NCBI RefSeq assembly: GCF_009914755.1
Contig: NC_060946.1
Strand: one strand, 5' to 3'
From: the human T2T-CHM13v2.0 reference genome, Homo sapiens
Length of the DNA: 64,000 bases
Below the pieces are notes generated by a model that saw nothing but the letters and a program-made list of their open reading frames with translations, had not been told where the DNA came from and searched no databases. The position numbers were made by a program, and so were the translations under genes. How positions within the stretch are numbered: position 1 is the stretch's first letter; the number at the start of each line of letters is the position of its first letter. Positions 58,315 to 64,000 of this stretch are shown piece by piece.

Positions 58315-58564
58315 TGAGCCACTGCGCCTGGCCAGAGAGAGGGCTTTTTTTATGTTGCCCAAGTTGGTCTTGAACTCCTGAGCTCAAGTGACCCTCTTGC
58401 CTCGGCCTCCCATAGTGCTGGGATTACAGGTATGAGCCACCGCACCCGGCCCTTGCTCTAATTTCTTCAGTGGTTCCTCAACTTGATCTTCCAACCCTTT
58501 TATTGATTTTTTAAAGCGTCAACAATCCTATCTTTAATTTCTAAAGCTCTTTCTAAATCTTTGA

Positions 58565-58913
<349 letters not shown>

Positions 58914-60423
58914 TGATCTACCCGCCTCAGCCTCCCAAAGTGCTGGAATTACAGGCGTGAGACACCATACCAGATCCATGGTGTCTGTTTCTTCCTGGTT
59001 GCTTTGATCCTGTCTGGTCCTGTCTGTTTTGGTTTCTCTCTTCCATGTTCAAGGTTTTTCTTCAATGTGAGGTATTTCTTAGCTCTCTTCTCAATAAAAA
59101 GCTACAAAGTTAATTGGGAGCTTGAGCACCAGGCACCATCCACTCAAACTTTGCAGCAGGGTGGTCTGGGTGGCTATTTGCTGGGAAACCCAATCCAGTG
59201 TTCTTGTTTTCTCTTTAAGCTAGTCATCTTCCGGTCCTCTGCCTGGGGGGTAAGGGTTTGGTTGTCAGGGTCCCAGGAAACAAGCAGAGTGGCAGGCCTG
59301 GAAGGGTATGCGTATGGTGTTGCCACGTTCAACATTAAGATACATTTGACTCCTTTATCCCTGGCTTTTCTGAGCAGTACTCATGTCCTCAATGTGCCTG
59401 GCATCCCCCGATTCAGAGCAGCTTTGTTTTACCCTCTCCTGAGAATAATCTTCCAGACTTCCGCTGTGGGGGCGCGGGGGTGTGAGGTGGGAGGGGATCT
59501 AGGGGTCTAAGAGCTTCCTAAATAACTTCCCCCACCAGTCTTTCTTATTTTAGCACCACCATCACCCCCTTCACTCGCAGAGGGACCTGGCGCTGCCAGC
59601 TCTCTGTCTTTGGCAGAGTCTGTCCTGTCAATCGCATCCATGCTCAGCCTTCCCACGGCTGCCTGGGACTCATTTGTCAGGCTTTCCCAGGCCTGACAAC
59701 CAGTGACCCCCCGTCCCTCCCCTCTTGTGGCCGTGCTTTCCCATCCTGCTTTTCTCAACATTGTGGGTTTATGTCTCTTTTTAAAAAAGTATTCCTCTTC
59801 CAGAAGTTTCAGTGAGGTTTCAGGAGGGAGCAAAATTAGACGCATATGTGCAATCTGTCGTTGTAACCTGAACTCTACCCTGCAATTCTGAAATCCGATC
59901 TGCTCCTTAAAATTTGGTGTGGGACTTCTCCATAGAGTTATGGGAATTCATAAGCTCAACGTGTGCCACTACAGACTTTGCTTCATGCGACCACATACCA
60001 GGCACTCTGCTGGAATCTGGGATACAGACGTGTTTAGGGCATGGTACCCTCCTAACAGATATCAGCTAAGCAGAAGAGGCGGACATACTCAAGGAAACAT
60101 AATACAAGCCCACAATCCCTCACCCAAATCCTTGGGAGTCATATAGGTTTTAGATTTCAGGATTTATTAGATTTTAGAAAGGTAATATGGGCCATGATTC
60201 TCATGGTACTCCAGTGGGGCCTGCAGCAACACCTCAGTATCAAACACAATATTGCTGCAGTGAAATGTATGGATATTCACACTAAATAAGATTTTTTTTT
60301 TAAAGATGATAAATAACCTCACATCCATTCAGGACAAGTTTAAGAACTGAGTACGTTAATAAATAAGGTCCAGTTTTCAGTTTGGGGATGTCTGAGTTGT
60401 TGATAAGGTCCTGTGAACCAGAA

Positions 60424-60958
<535 letters not shown>

Positions 60959-61142
60959 AACTCTATAATGTATTAAGTTTTATAAATGAAAGTTGTACAA
61001 AATAGTGTAAGTGTATACTGAAGGGAAAGGGGAGGCTTCACAGGGGAAATGATATTTGAACTAGACCTTGATGACTGAATAGGAGCTCACCAGAAGGGAA
61101 GGGGGCTTCTGGGCAGGGTGAGCAGCTCAAGCAAAGGCCCAG

Positions 61143-61845
<703 letters not shown>

Positions 61846-62049
61846 AGAATATCACTTCTTGAGCAACTAGGCAGCTTGGTTTTGGTTCTAGAGCCAGGTC
61901 TCTTTCTCTGCAGAATGAGTCTATTCTTCCCAGCTGAAGCATGGGCTTGATTAGAGATGGAATGGTATGAGAGACGGGGCTGGAGAGGTTGGCAGGGGCA
62001 GGTCATGGAGAGCTATCTGGGCCACACCAAGAAGTTTGGTGCCTGTAGG

Positions 62050-63532
<1,483 letters not shown>

Positions 63533-63954
63533 CAGCGATGTTTATAGCAGCACAATTTGCAATTGCAAAAATGTGGAACCAGACAAATGCCCACCAATCA
63601 ATGAGTGAATAAAGAAACTGTGGGGGGTGTGTGTGTGTGTGTGTGTATATATATGTATATATATATACATGTGTACCTGTATATGTGTGTGTATATATAT
63701 ACACACATATATATACACACGTACATATATATACATATATATACACACGTACATATATACATATATACACACGTACATATATACATATATATACACACGT
63801 ACATATATATACATATATACACACACGTACATATATATACATATATATACACACACACACACACACACATATATGATGGGATATCACTCAGCCATAATAA
63901 GAAATGAATTAATGGCATTCACAGCAACCTGGATGAGATTGGGGACTATTATTC
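63533..63954 (+). mobile_element. L1PB-like 3' fragment containing an expanded TA/CA microsatellite
   Basis: ATGTTTATAGCAGCACAATTTGCAATTGCAAAAATGTGGAACC...GCAACCTGGATGAGATTGG flanks the microsatellite. Confidence 0.7.
63627..63873. repeat. Complex (GT)n/(TA)n/(CA)n tract with a higher-order unit (ACACGTACATATATATACATATAT)
   Basis: Five ACACGTACATAT-containing units between GT and CA runs. Confidence 0.92.
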
Positions 63955-64000
63955 TTTTTTTTTTTTTTTTTGAGATGGAGTCTTGCTCTGTTGCCCAGGC

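Overview
Human genomic DNA: Alu-dense, with a human-lineage AluYb element. I recognise it from the encoded peptide as the 5' end of RBFOX2 (RBM9, chr22q12.3). A CpG island at about 31.8-33.0 kb holds the promoter and first coding exon on the minus strand (ATG 32170 to splice donor 31985, 62 codons, MAEGAQP...GGGMQ). Bases 1-31984 are part of the long first intron. Bases 33.0-64.0 kb are repeat-rich upstream DNA containing Alus, L1 fragments, MaLR LTRs (THE1, MLT, MST), MER20 and Charlie elements, and microsatellites. Apart from this exon and a disrupted L1 ORF2 remnant, the ORF track appears to be repeat or low-complexity artefact. I found no evidence of a new multi-gene system. The most notable observations are: (1) a 72-bp inverted templated insertion inside an Alu at 44.1 kb, copied from 51.8 kb, with a second repair-like scar nearby; (2) a structured RBFOX2 5'UTR, with a long GC stem enclosing a canonical G-quadruplex and several in-frame starts; (3) a young AluYb9-type insertion; (4) long GAA-type and CCCTT-type tracts grown from Alu tails. 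Gene and subfamily assignments rest on recalled consensus sequences, not on searches.
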